Origin: Octopus bimaculoides | Taxonomy: Eukaryota | Length of the DNA stretch: 64,000 nt | Assembly (NCBI RefSeq): GCF_001194135.2 | Contig: NC_068983.1 | Span: 91,864,252-91,928,251 of the forward strand | Direction: 5' to 3' | In this document: positions 46,687 through 59,679 of the stretch, piece after piece | Layout of the letters: every line of letters starts with the position of its first letter | Position numbering within the stretch: position 1 is the first letter of the stretch | The notes under the pieces: model-generated | Told to the model about the DNA's origin: nothing | The model's database searches: none | The model's input: only the letters and a program-made list of their open reading frames with translations | Made by a program: the position numbers and the translations under genes

Positions 46687-48240
46687 ATATAGTATATATA
46701 CCTGGATTGAGTAACTATAAAAGGAAACACCACTGCAAGATCTTATGGTTCGCTCCTCACTTCTCCCTAATCATCCAGACATGCGTAGGTAAGAAGGGTT
46801 AATAAAGACATAAGGAAGATATCTAATTTCTCTTTATGGCATAACACAATCGAGGTGTTACATTGGTTTGAGACCAAACAAAACACTTTTAGAGCTAAGT
46901 TCATACAATTCAATATAGCAGACTTTTATCCATCAATATTAAAAATGTTACTTGATAGGGTGTTAGTATATGCTAGACGAATTACCAACATAAGTGATAG
47001 AGAAATAGATATAATTATGCACGCTAGGAAAACCCTACTATTCAACCTAGTTCAAATGAACTGACCCTGAAGGCTCATTCAACATCGCTGATATTTGCGA
47101 CCTTATAGGGTTTTACATTCTGGACACCCTAGGTAATAAATTACCCTCTGTCCACTTCGGCTTATATAGAGATGATGCCTTAAACATCTCCAGAGGCGCT
47201 AATGGCCATACTTTAAATAGGGTTAGAAAAGACATCATGCACACCCTAAGCGACCTCGGCCTTAAAATCACCATTGAAACTAATCTCACCATGGTGAACT
47301 TCTTGGATGTCACGCTTGATCTTGGTAGTGGTAGCTACAGACCATACCGTAAACTGAACGATAGGTTATCGTACATTAATACAGCCTCCTGCCCCCCCCC
47401 CATAGTGTTCAAAAATCTAATAAAAGGTATTAGTAAACAGATTTCGATCTTATCTTCAAATAAAGATATTTTTGACGCAGCAGTCCCCACATACAGTGAA
47501 GTGCTAGCGGCCAGCAGGTTCTAAGAGAATATAGTATATATACCTGGATTGAGTAACTATAAAAGGAAACACCACTGCAAGATCTTATGGTTCGCTCCTC
47601 ACTTCTCCCTAATCATCCAGACATGCGTAGGTAAGATTTCTTTTAGGCTGGTTGATAAGCATTTCATGCAATCACGCAAATATAGAAAGATCTTTAACAG
47701 ACATAATTTAAGAATCTTTTTTCAGTTGTGCACCCAATGTTAAGAAAAAATTACTTAGCACTCCTAAACCACAGACAGAGGCAGGTTGTTCATGCAGGAT
47801 TAGGAATGAATGCCCAGGGGGCAGCCAATGTAATACCGAGGCTACAGTGTAGCCTCAAACAGAAGCAGCACAAATATCATAACATCAGTGCCAACACAGG
47901 GACACAAACTAAAATTTATGTCGGATCTTGTGAATCCAGATTTGAAATTCACCTGAACAACCACAGATCTTCTTTCAGGGTCCTGGAGAGACGCAACACA
48001 ACAACACTCACAGAATATGTATGGCTCCTAAAGGACGATCATATACCCTTTAACATCAGGTGGAAATTACTAGAAACTTGTGGACCCTATTGTAATGGAA
48101 CAAGATTGTGGAAATCGTGTCTGGCAGAAAGATATATAATCCTCATGAATTCACATGAGACAAGAGGCTACCTGAATTCCAGGACAGAAGCCGTGGGGAG
48201 TTGTCCACATTTTCGGAAATTTTTTTACTTCAAAATTGGA
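46687..48240 (+). mobile_element. PLE (Neptune-like), 5'-truncated RT + GIY-YIG
   Basis: FIQFNIADFYPSI, GLYRDD, VNFLDVTLDL, LWFAPHFS; CSCRIRNECP, KIYVGSCESRF..NHRSSF, LTEYVWLLKD..IRWKLL, CLAERYII..LNSRTE..CPH. Confidence 0.88.
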
Positions 48241-48489
48241 NNNNNNNNNNTAGCTATCAAACAAAGAAAGACAACTCGCTTGGCCATAGTTTTTTAAGAG
48301 GAATATTTCTTGAACTATCACCGGCATTCTTGTGTTTAAAAAAAACATTCTTTGCAGAGAACAGTTATTGTTTAGAAAAACTGAAGAGAATGAACCCAAT
48401 GGTTTTTTTCTAAACTTACGTTACACATACAAAAATACAATACATATATATATAATATGTATATATATAATATATATGGGAGAATTTAC

Positions 48490-48640
48490 GAAAAAAAACA
48501 ACAGACAAAGACAGGTGGTGTAAACAACAAATGGATGTATTAGTTTAATGCTTGGGAGTAGAGAAAGTCTTTGACGTTTTGAGCTACGCTCTTCAACTGA
48601 AAGGAACACAGAAAGAAATAAGGAGAGAAACAAGGAGAAA
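48490..48640 (-). repeat. Copy of the PLE-terminus-like repeat
   Basis: Reverse complement TCCTTTCAGTTGAAGAGCGTAGCTCAAAACGTCAAAGAC at 48567-48605. Confidence 0.7.
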
Positions 48641-48713
48641 AAAATATAAATATATATATACATACATATACATATATATAATATATATATATATATACAT
48701 ATGATATATATGT

Positions 48714-49047
48714 GAAGGCACATGGCTCAGTGGTTAGAGTATCGAGCTTACAATCATGAGGTTGTGAGTTCAAATCCTGGACCGGTCTGCATGTTGTGTT
48801 CTTGAGCAAGACACTTAATTTCACATTGCTCCAGTTCACACAGCTGTAGAAATGAGTTGCGACGTCACAGGTACCAAGCTGCATTGGCCTTTGCCTTTCC
48901 CTTGGATAATACTGGTGGTGTGGAGCGGGGAGACCAGTATGCATGGGCAACTGCTGGTCTTCCATAAACAACCTTGCCCGGACTTGTACCTCAGAGGGTA
49001 ACTTTCTAGGTGCAATCCCATGGTCAGTCATGACTGAAGGGGGTCTC
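48714..49047 (+). mobile_element. Full-length tRNA-derived SINE (family C) with CORE-like segment
   Basis: A box TGGCTCAGTGG, B box GTTCAAATCC, then TTCTTGAGCAAGACACTTAA..GCTCCAG; flanked by (TA)n. Confidence 0.85.
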
Positions 49048-49069
49048 AGCATGCTATATATATATTGTC

Positions 49070-52000
49070 AAAATGATGTGGACGCCTCTGATGAGAGCCC
49101 AATGACATTCGAAAATCGATTAAGATTGTTCATCCGGAGTTTACACTTTCCTATGCTCTCATAGGATCCCATATCAGCACTCTTGATGCCATCTTTGATA
49201 ATAAACACAGCAAAGATGACAAGGATGGAGGCACGAATGCAGATGAAAGCTGTCACCCCCCACTTGGTAGACACTCAAGAAAACAAAGAAGATTCAAGCG
49301 AGAAACCTGCCTGGAAAGTAAACCCAAGTGAAAGTACCCCTACCACCATCAAAACGAAAAACCATGGAGGTGAAAAGGCCAAGAAAGAAGAATTAAAAGC
49401 AGGAAAAACTAAAACTAAAACAAAAGATGAAACAGCTAAAGAAAGAAGCAAACCTAACTACTCATATAACAAAAAGGATAGAAAGAGACAGCACACACGA
49501 ATATGCAAATTCTACTTGAAAGGTGTCTGCTGGCATGGAGAGGAAGGTGCAGGCTGCCGTTTTGCACACCAAAGACCCCGCCACATAAACATGAAACAGG
49601 GCAGAAACCACCTGCCAAAAGGAAAGGACTACGCACCGCCTGCCCCAAAACGGAGGTACGCAGTTGTAGTGCGTGCTACAAACCAGACCTATCAACAACA
49701 TGTTGTCGAAAGGGCAGAGGCTGAACAACAATCTTTTTTGTGCATGGCACAAAAGATGGTACAGCAACTGACCTGGCTACAATCTCACAGATGGGACTAT
49801 TCCCAATACACAAGACCACCATAGCAAATAGACCCAAGGTGGGCACCACTGGCAACAACACACACATCACATCCATACTCTTACTGAACATCAGAGGACT
49901 GTAATCACTTAGTAACAGGACAAAAATCCCTTTCTTGAGAGACCTTGTTGCTTGCAATCAAGCCTTATGCATAGCACTTATGGAAACACACCTGAAACCA
50001 GATATAGGAAATGCAGAAATACACATACCACAGTATGTTGTATTACGGACCGACAGAAAAAGGAGTCATGGTGGAGTTGCTATGTACATCCGCGAAGACC
50101 TCACACCCCAGGTTCTTTTGTCACACTCAAATTCAGTATGTGACACACTAATTGTACATATAAGACAACTCAATGTAGTTATATGTGCTACATATTGCCC
50201 TCCAGATGCTCCAAATCATGTAGGCAAGTTTGAAGACTGCCTTACAAAATAGAAGAAGTTCTAGTCACATTAGAACAACACATAAATGTACTTCTTATGG
50301 GAGACTTCAATCTGCCCAATGTCAGATGGCCTGAAGGCCTTTCTCTCCCAGGAATGACGCAATACGAACAAGGACAGGTGAATTCCCTCGCCAACACTTT
50401 GTACACGGAACAAATAGTACTCCAACCAACCAGGGCAGGTAACATACTGGATCTCTGCTTCACAAATAATATGGATCTCATCCATAATGTGAAAGTGACA
50501 CCGACGCTACTCTCGGATCACAACATGGTGGAGCTGACCATATACGGACCAAAGGAAACCATGGACATGCAGCCTACAAGAAACTCTCAGAATCTTTCCA
50601 ATTTGAACTTCCATAAGGCAAACTGGAAACAAATTGAGAAAGAGATCCTCAAACAAAACTGGCCTAAATGTTTCTCCTCACCGGACATCGACATGAAACT
50701 TAAACAATTCATGTCTTTCTCGGAGAGAAAGGCCACTGTACATAAGAACAAAATCCCCAGGGAGAGGAAAATTCTTATGAGACGGCGTACAAAAGTTTCA
50801 AATCGCCTAAACAAACAAATTGAAAGCAGTGAAAAGTCCCGCCTGAAAATACAACTGCTGGAGATTGAAAAAAATCTGCAACTCTCCCACGAAAAAGATA
50901 GAGCAGACAAAGAAGCCTGGGCTATAGACAATATAAAAATCTAACCCCAGAGTTTTCTACAAGTTTGCCAAAGAAACAGCTTCAGTGCACTGCAGGATAG
51001 GGCCACTCCTTGAAAAAGATGGTGCACTAACAGGAAACCCAAAGAGGATAAGTGAAATACTAAATGAGCAATTCAAAAGTATTTTCACTCCACCCCTAGG
51101 GTACTTTCAAGTCAGCAATCCAACTGACTTTTTTACCACTGCAGATATAAAAACAGAGGCAATGATGATCGATTACATCGATATAAAGGAAGACGATGTA
51201 ATAAGGGCTATAGATGAATTGAACCCAAACNNNNNNNNNNNNNNNNNNNNNNNNNNNNNNNNNNNNNNNNNNNNNNNNNNNNNNNNNNNNNNNNNNNNNN
51301 NNNNNNNNNNNNNNNNNNNNNNNNNNNNNNNNNNNNNNNNNNNNNNNNNNNNNNNNNNNNNNNNNNNNNNNNNNNNNNNNNNNNNNNNNNNNNNNNNNNN
51401 NNNNNNNNNNNNNNNNNNNNNNNNNNNNNNNNNNNNNNNNNNNNNNNNNNNNNNNNNNNNNNNNNNNNNNNNNNNNNNNNNNNNNNNNNNNNNNNNNNNN
51501 NNNNNNNNNNNNNNNNNNNNNNNNNNNNNNNNNNNNNNNNNNNNNNNNNNNNNNNNNNNNNNNNNNNNNNNNNNNNNNNNNNNNNNNNNNNNNNNNNNNN
51601 NNNNNNNNNNNNNNNNNNNNNNNNNNNNNNNNNNNNNNNNNNNNNNNNNNNNNNNNNNNNNNNNNNNNNNNNNNNNNNNNNNNNNNNNNNNNNNNNNNNN
51701 NNNNNNNNNNNNNNNNNNNNNNNNNNNNNNNNNNNNNNNNNNNNNNNNNNNNNNNNNNNNNNNNNNNNNNNNNNNNNNNNNNNNNNNNNNNNNNNNNNNN
51801 NNNNNNNNNNNNNNNNNNNNNNNNNNNNNNNNNNNNNNNNNNNNNNNNNNNNNNNNNNNNNNNNNNNNNNNNNNNNNNNNNNNNNNNNNNNNNNNNNNNN
51901 NNNNNNNNGCGTAGATGAGAAAGATATGCCATAATATACATCTGGAAGATCCTCGAAGGAATTGTCCCAAACTTTGGCATCGAAAGTTACACAAATAAAA

Positions 52001-52360
52001 GAACTGGTCGCCATTGCATAGTGCCAAGGACTCCAAATTAGCCATCAAGATGTAGGACAAGATACTGCAATAGCCTGGGCTTCAGAGGTCCACAGCTCTT
52101 CAATATCCCCCCGAAGGACCTGAGAGACCTGAATGCGGTGGATGTAGGTGTCTTCAAGATGAGGCTGGACCTCTTCCTATCAGGTGTCCCAAATGAACCA
52201 ACTTCACGGCAGGAGGTGCAGATGAGAGCAGTTGCATCAAACTCTCTTATGCACCAAATGTCAATTACTGAAGTGAAATTCGTGAAGTAAAATTGTGTAG
52301 CAACACCAAATGGCTGTGCCCCAGCATGGCCACAGCTCATGAGCTGAAACTAGATAAAAT
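49070..52360 (+). mobile_element. CR1/L2-group APE-RT LINE with CCCH-finger ORF1; RT core in an assembly gap
   Basis: ORF1 CKFYLKGVCWHGEEGAGCRFAH; APE LNIRGL, ALMETHL, HGGVAMY, MGDFNLP, LDLCFTN, SDHNMV; C-term RRERYAIIYIWKILEG, GPQLFN, LDLFLSGVPNEP; (AAAAAATG)-like tail. Confidence 0.88.
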
Positions 52361-52376
52361 GAAAAAAATGAAAAAA

Positions 52377-52408
<32 letters not shown>

Positions 52409-52606
52409 TTAAATGAGAGTTTTGACACTAATATCCATTATTATTGAAGTTTATTACCTATGTCAACATTTCTGTATAAGGTTATATTTAACTGTCAATT
52501 CCAGATAAATAAGTAAATTACCTTACACATCCTCAGAGTAAAATGTAAAAAGTAAACACCAAAAATATAATCTCTAAGTCTTGTTCATATTCAAATTCCT
52601 CCTTAA

Positions 52607-53688
52607 CCCTTTTGTTACTATATTTCTGACCAAAATACACCCCTCATGAGTTTCAATTAAATTCTAAAATAATCATGAATTTAGATTAGTCTCATTAAAC
52701 ACCTGTAACTTTTTTATTTATCAACATATTAATGTGATATTTGGAACATAATTGAAGAAAGGGTTCTTAATCAATTCTATTGCATAACTTTTGTCTCAAA
52801 GTTCTCCACGTACTGGGGTACTGCTAGTGTCTCTCACATGTAAATATTGGTTCAGCTTCAGGAATCGTACTTGCGTCATAATACTGGAAACATATTCNNN
52901 NNNNNNNNNNNNNNNNNNNNNNNNNNNNNNNNNNNNNNNNNNNNNNNNNNNNNNNNNNNNNNNNNNNNNNNNNNNNNNNNNNNNNNNNNNNNNNNNNNNN
53001 NNNNNNNNNNNNNNNNNNNNNNNNNNNNNNNNNNNNNNNNNNNNNNNNNNNNNNNNNNNNNNNNNNNNNNNNNNNNNNNNNNNNNNNNNNNNNNNNNNNN
53101 NNNNNNNNNNNNNNNNNNNNNNNNNNNNNNNNNNNNNNNNNNNNNNNNNNNNNNNNNNNNNNNNNNNNNNNNNNNNNNNNNNNNNNNNNNAAGGTTTCGC
53201 TTCCTGAGAAAGACAATGGGTAGACCCTGTCTCCTCAGAAAAATTGTTAATGAAAATATTTTTTAAATCTTTACTAGATTCTGGTGTAAAATCATCCTCG
53301 CTGTCGCTGCTTTCAGTTTCGGATACAGAAATATCCGATTCATTATTTTCTTCGATATCTCCATATCTTCTGTTGAAAAACCTTTAAATTTGGAATCACT
53401 GCTTGATAGCATGAAATTCCTCTCCATCTTCAAAGTTGAAAAAAATTAACGCCGCAAAAAATGTGGAAAAAAAATCTTCCAAAATTCACTGAGTTCAAAT
53501 ATCACGCCAAACAATGTTGGATACAATAACTCAACTGTTTGCAAAGTGAAATCACATGTTTTAATGACTGTACTAACGAGATTTGGGTCCAAATATACAT
53601 TTAAATAACAATGGCTACTCTCGGCCGGCTACGTCTTATGAGCCAAAAAATTTTTCGGCCAGCTACGGCTGGGTTAGTAACGAAAGGG
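52607..53688 (-). mobile_element. piggyBac-like termini spanning a gap
   Basis: TTAA|CCCTTTTGTTACT at left, AGTAACGAAAGGG|TTCA at right; minus-strand acidic N-terminal relic SDSKFKGFS..ESDISVSETESSDSEDD. Confidence 0.55.
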
Positions 53689-53957
53689 TTCAATAAATTC
53701 CTCCTTAAATAAAGGTCCGTCTAAGGGAGAAAACCCTCATAATATTATTAATTATAAACATTCAAGTATTACAAATTATTGATTCCTGGTAATAAATTCT
53801 AAACCGATGGAAATCTATATTATATTATCTCTAGAAACTTTAGCAAATATACAAATACAATTTTAATATTATTGTTATTGGTAAATTATACATTAATATA
53901 CCCTGCCTTTAAACCTAATATTATACTATAATACCCGATCATACTGAAATTTATAAT

Positions 53958-54330
53958 TTATTTAAACCAGTAAAATGTATGTCTAAGATAATGGCCACAT
54001 CTGTAAGCATTGTATGTTAGTTTATTTATTAACTTACCCTTAGAGAATAATATAAAATATAATTCTAGATTACACAGTGAGCAATATCTCTTACCTTTGT
54101 CATAAGGGAAAGATTTCCCAATAATTGACCATTCTAACGAATATTGCTTTTTTTGTTCCTTCAGTTCCCAAATGAATTTACTAAGACTAGTACTCCCTAT
54201 TCTTCCACAGATTTGTCCCAAAGAACACCCCACGTATAGGCTAACATCTGTCTGAGTCTTTACCTTACATTGATAAACTACATTCCTCATTCTCACATTT
54301 GGGCCTTCAAGCTTCAATCTTCTGGGGTTA
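53958..54330 (-). mobile_element. PLE GIY-YIG C-terminal fragment (Neptune-like)
   Basis: NVVYQCKV..LYVGCS, TSLSKFIWELKE..YSLEWSII..CSLCNLELYFIL..LINK..RCGH. Confidence 0.8.
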
Positions 54331-54356
54331 ACCTCTGTTACTGTAATCATAGTATG

Positions 54357-54391
<35 letters not shown>

Positions 54392-54401
54392 TATTATTTA
54401 T

Positions 54402-55485
54402 ATCAGGAAATGCCATTATGAAAGACTGCTGAATGTAGAGAATGAGTGGGAGGAGGAGAGTCTGCCAAATGTTGACCCAACTGAAGAAGTAGCTACCCGA
54501 ATCAACTGTTCCAGGATATGAAGACGGGAAAAGCCCCCAGCCCATCAGGAATCTCTGCTGAGATGCTTAAAATATCTGGCAGTGTAGTTTATGGTCTAGT
54601 CACCCATACTGTAAATCAAGTGGTTCACAAAGGAGTCATACCCAATGACTGATGGAGCATCACCATAGTTCACCAAGGACTGGTGCTCAGCCCCCTCTTG
54701 TTCATCATAGTTCTCCAGGCAATAACAGAAGAATTCAAGACAGGCTGCCTCTATGTTGATGACCTTGCTCTTATAGTTGAATCACTACTTGAACTAGAGT
54801 AGAAGTTCCAGGTATGGAAGCAAGGTCTAGAATCAAAGGGCCTTAGAATTAACCTAGCAAAAACCAAAGTCTTAGTAAGTAGGAAGGCAGACAAATCACA
54901 AATCCCTTCAGAGAGATGGCCCTGCTCAATCTGTAGAAAAGGTGTAGGTAGAAACTCCATAAGATGTACCCTGACATGATATATAACTATTGTATTTTAA
55001 TTAAAACCATATGATGCCTATTAAGCTCAACTTTTCTCTTCAGAGAGAAGTTAGGCATAAGAGGCATCAGATGTAGTGTGCAAGAGAGACAACTGTGCTG
55101 GTATGGGCATATGAAACATATAGACAATGATAGCTGTGTAAAGAAGTGCTGATCTCTAACTCTGGAGGTAATCTGTGGTAGAGGTAGACTCAGGAAGACA
55201 TGAGATGAGGTGACGAAGCATGATCTTCGAATGTTGAGCCTCACAGAGGCAATGATTAGTGACCTTTGGCAATATGTTGTACTTGAGAAGACCCGTCAAA
55301 CCAAGTGAAACCAGTGGCACATAAAAGCATCCATTACACTCTTGGAGTGGTTGGTGTTAGGAAGGGCATCCAACTGTAGAAACCATACCAAATCAGACTG
55401 GGTTCTGGTGCAGTCCCTCAGCTTACCAGCCCTGGTCAAACTAACCAACCCATGCCAGCATGAACAACAGATGTTAAATGATGAT
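54402..55485 (+). mobile_element. RTE LINE with internal deletions
   Basis: CHYERLLNVENEWEEESLP, YVDDLALI, 3' UTR and GATGATAAT tail. Confidence 0.88.
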
Positions 55486-55599
55486 AATAATAAGAAAGTT
55501 CATATCCAGAACTTTTAAATGATATATAAATTTTCATGGAAAATGTTTATTTTGACATGAAAATAATGAAGCAAAAAGTGTGTTTTGCATGTTCAAACT

Positions 55600-56125
55600 G
55601 TGCTTGTCTCTTTTGTATGGTGTCCTATATTGATACTTACTTTAAGACCATTTGATTCCAGGTTCTGTTTTCACACCTGGAATTTCTTTACTAATCCTGT
55701 AACAGATTCTGGAGGACAATGATAAATATGAGAGAGCTGATGACCGACCTTTGGTGAACACATACCTGTACACTAATTTCATCACTGTACTCATGGTCAA
55801 CTCTTACCTTATGAACAGCACCCCTGTACATTGCCTGTACTGCTTTCACAAGCAATTTGTCTATCCCTAGTTTCCTTAGAGACCACCATATCACAGAGAG
55901 GTTTTCTTGATCAAGAAGGGTTTCTCTTGAGCAACAAATGTCAACGGCATGTTCTTAGCTAAATACTTCTCTTGCAGTTGTCTGACTATGAAAATAGCAT
56001 CCATGGTGCTTCTCCTTGGGACAAAGCTGAACTGCATTTCATCTAGCCTAATTTTGTTTTTCATTAATTAGGCAGTAACTCTCTCCACAACTTTCATCTC
56101 CTGGTTCAGCAATTTGATGCTGCCA
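55600..56125 (-). mobile_element. RTE LINE fragment
   Basis: IWWSLRKLGIDKLLVKAVQAMYRGAV..HQRSVISSLIFIIVLQ. Confidence 0.82.
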
Positions 56126-56139
56126 TAATTACTCAAATA

Positions 56140-56345
56140 TATGTATGTGTGTGTGTTTGTCCTTACCATTGTATGACAGCTGGTGTTGGTTTGTGTATGT
56201 ACCTGTAACTTAGCAGTTTGGTGAAAGAGATTGATAGAATAAATACCAGATTAAAAAAATAAGTACTAGGGTTGATTTGTTTGACTAAACCCTTCAAACC
56301 AATGCCCCAGCATAGCCAGTCCAATGACTAGAACAAGTAAAAGGT
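56140..56345 (+). mobile_element. SINE 3' half (family B)
   Basis: Homologous to 17720-17927. Confidence 0.65.
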
Positions 56346-56659
56346 ATTAATGAATGATAGCTTTGAATAGTGAAGATTTTTCTGACAATATTAAGTGAAG
56401 ATTCAGTTTGAGGCAAAGTGGTGGGGGCTGTCATTGGCAGATATGAGGGGGTGAAAGGGAAAATGAAAGTTCAGTAGAAAATAAAGAGGTAAGAGATAAT
56501 ACTGAGAATATGGGTGACAAATGGAAGTGGTTTCAAGGAGAGTGATTAGTAGCACAAAAGGTGGGTGGAGAAAATATGTGCAGTTCTGCTCTTATAAAAT
56601 TACATCAGCTGAATGAATAGTGGTATAGTCAGAAGAGTGATGGAGGGATGGGTGGTAGA

Positions 56660-58250
56660 AAATGTGGAAGTTAACACGAACAGATTGGGTGCAGTGGAAT
56701 AGGCATAAATGTCTTCTTGAGAACAGTGAATCGCCAATAATCTTAGTCTTTTGTTATCACTTCCATAAGGTTCAATGTCCTGAGGTTATTCTTCACTACT
56801 TTGTCTCACATCCTCTTGGGTCTCCTTCTCCCATAGGTTCCATTCACATTTAGTGACCAAGACTTCTTTATACAGCTGTTCTCATCCACCTGTATCACAT
56901 GACCATACCAGCATGATCTCTTTTATACACTACATCTGATGCTTTTTATACCAAATTTTTCTTACAATACATATGTGCTGGGTCATACATGCAAACTGAT
57001 ATAGCACATCTAGTGGAGCACACTAATTTCATTTCTTTCTGACCTTCACGTGTTCTCTGCATTCATGGTACACATATCACTACCATCTAGCACTATTGTT
57101 AGTACACAAGCATTATGCAAGTTGCCTTTCACTGAAAGAGAGACCTTTTGTTACCAATAGAGCAATAGCTCTCTGAACTTTTTCCAGCTAGTTCTTATTC
57201 TAGCAACTATATTTTAAGAGCATCCACCCCAACTGTTAATTAGGTCACTTGGGTAAAAGAAACTATCTACTATCTCTAAGCATCCTCCTGCACATTAGAG
57301 AAGATCTGTTTCCTGTATGTTCTTATTGCTTATTGTTCCTGCATATCTGTCACACACAACATCTACTTTCTCTTAACCTTCTTGTTATTTCACAGAACCT
57401 CTTATGTGTTTACAGTTTGCACAGTGTACACCATACAAAATCTTTACATACACTTTTTTTATATATCAAGCAGGGCCATTTTCCCGAAGAGATCAGCAGC
57501 CTGTCAGTTTCCCTGCTTACCAAATTTTGGTCTTGCTAAATTAACTCTAAGGTTCTTTAATTCCTGGTTTTACTTCCATGTCTGGGATTTCTTTTCTAAT
57601 TCTGCTACAGACTCAACCAGAAGAACAAGTTCATCAGCACAGAGTAGTTTCCATAGGCAACCAGTCATAAAAGCCACTATTATGACCTTGAGGATGACGA
57701 TAAATACCAAAGGACTGAGAACTTATCCCTGGTGAACTCCTACCAGCACACTAAATTTGTTGTATTCATTGCTAACTCTTACTTTATTGACAGCAGACCT
57801 GTACACAGTTTGGATGGCTCTTACAAGCCATTTAATCTATCTCTAGGTTCTACAGCATCTATTAGATCAGGGAGCAAGGTAGCCTGTCAAAGTCTTTCTT
57901 CGGGTCAATAAATGCCAAGTACAGCAGTTTACTTTTGGATCCTGCAATAGTCTTGGAAGAAAGAGAGCATCAGAAGTGCTGGTACAAAACTGAACTGTAT
58001 ATCATCTAGGCTAACTCTCTTCCTAATTAATTGAGCTGTAACTCTTTCTGTAACTTCCATGGCCTGGTCCAGTAATTTGATACTCCTGTAATTACTTTTG
58101 TCTAAGGAATCACCTTTAACCTTGCAACAGTTGACTGTAATGCTGTTACACCAGTTGTTGGGCATGATGTTTTCCTGTACAACTTAACTACACAGATGAC
58201 AAGGTCATCTCCTATTCCACCTGATATTTTAAGCATCTTAGTGGTTATGA
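56660..58250 (-). mobile_element. RTE LINE fragment
   Basis: PNNWCNSITVNCCKVKGDSLDKSNYRSIKLLDQAM; downstream RT and C-terminal homology. Confidence 0.82.
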
Positions 58251-59679
58251 AATAAAACTAAATCAAAATACATTCCAAGGACATTGTGGTCTTTGTTACA
58301 TTAAAAATCAATCTTAAACCTGTACTAACATACCAATGTTATTTATTGAGTTTACTGTTACTAGTTCATTGCCTAACCTCACAATTGCAGTACATTGACA
58401 AAGTTAGACTTGAGTACTTTACCTTGGCACTTTTCCTTTGTTTTGTATGCATGTTGAGAAGAGATTCAGATCTTCTGTTTTTCTAAAGTGGAAATGGATG
58501 AAAAAAGGAAAAAACATTGCAAATATTACGGTTAACTAATGACAGTTTTGAATAGAGAAATATTTTTCTTACAATATTAGGTGAGGATTCAATTTTTGAT
58601 GGAAGTTTGAACAGCATTAACTGTAAACATTGCTTTAAAACTACATATATCAAAGGTTAATTTAGCTGTATTTGTACGAACTTAACATGCCACAACTTAT
58701 TTTTCAATTTAAACATTACTCAGTGTTAGTTATACAATATACACTGATACCCAATACACTCTGAACATAGTTGGTAAACTGAAACTAGTAGTGACATCTG
58801 TGAACAAGACTTTGCTAAATAGCCAGCTGGTCTTCTGTGAATGTAATATAGGATAGAGTAGTACTCTAATGTGGGTTACATTTAAGTTTTGTAATGAATA
58901 AGCAACCAATTAGGGCAAAAATAGTTTCTTGCCCTGAAGAGGAAGCTTAATGTTTAGGATGGAGTTTTAGCAATATTACACAAGTGAGGTCACCACAAGG
59001 AATCTTCAAAAGAGAGAGGCATTTGCTGTAACTCTGAGGGCTTCATTATGTGTGTCATACATATTTCTTAATTTGTGAAGTGTATCTTGATGCCGTTGTT
59101 TATATATCAAAGGCAAATCTGCTTGTCCGCTTGTCAGATTCTTTTACCTGACTGGAAATTCTAAATAAGTGGATCGACTAAATCTGCATCACAAACTCAG
59201 CTACTAAGAATTTATACCAACTTACATCAGTCACACAGATGTTCTTTTGATAGTTTATAAAAAAATATTTTTCAGTGTGCAAAGATTATATTAAAGAATA
59301 AAGGCAACAGAAACAATAAAGTTAAACAACAAGATCAATAATACACGCTAAAACAATTACATCTCAAGAAAAAATAATAGTAACACTTTTACATTGTATT
59401 CATCAACAATTTTCGAGCACCGTTGATCTCTTTCACTTATGAACTGGTCAGTTTCTGTGGAACTTCTCTTCCCACCATGTTTTTCATGACCTTCCTGGAA
59501 ATTATACATAAAATATCAATAAAAACTATGAAGTACTAGACCAGACACTATAAAGCATTGTGTCCAGCTTTCTTTTGAATATACCAAATGTTTTATACAT
59601 GCCTGGCCAAATACATTTCAAAATATTGTTGGTTTAATTAATTATTATTATCATCATCAATAATAATAATAATAATAAT

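Noticed and set aside
50985-53266. Long ORFs of 130-309 aa
   Set aside because: Inflated by N-runs; only the LINE-derived ends are real.
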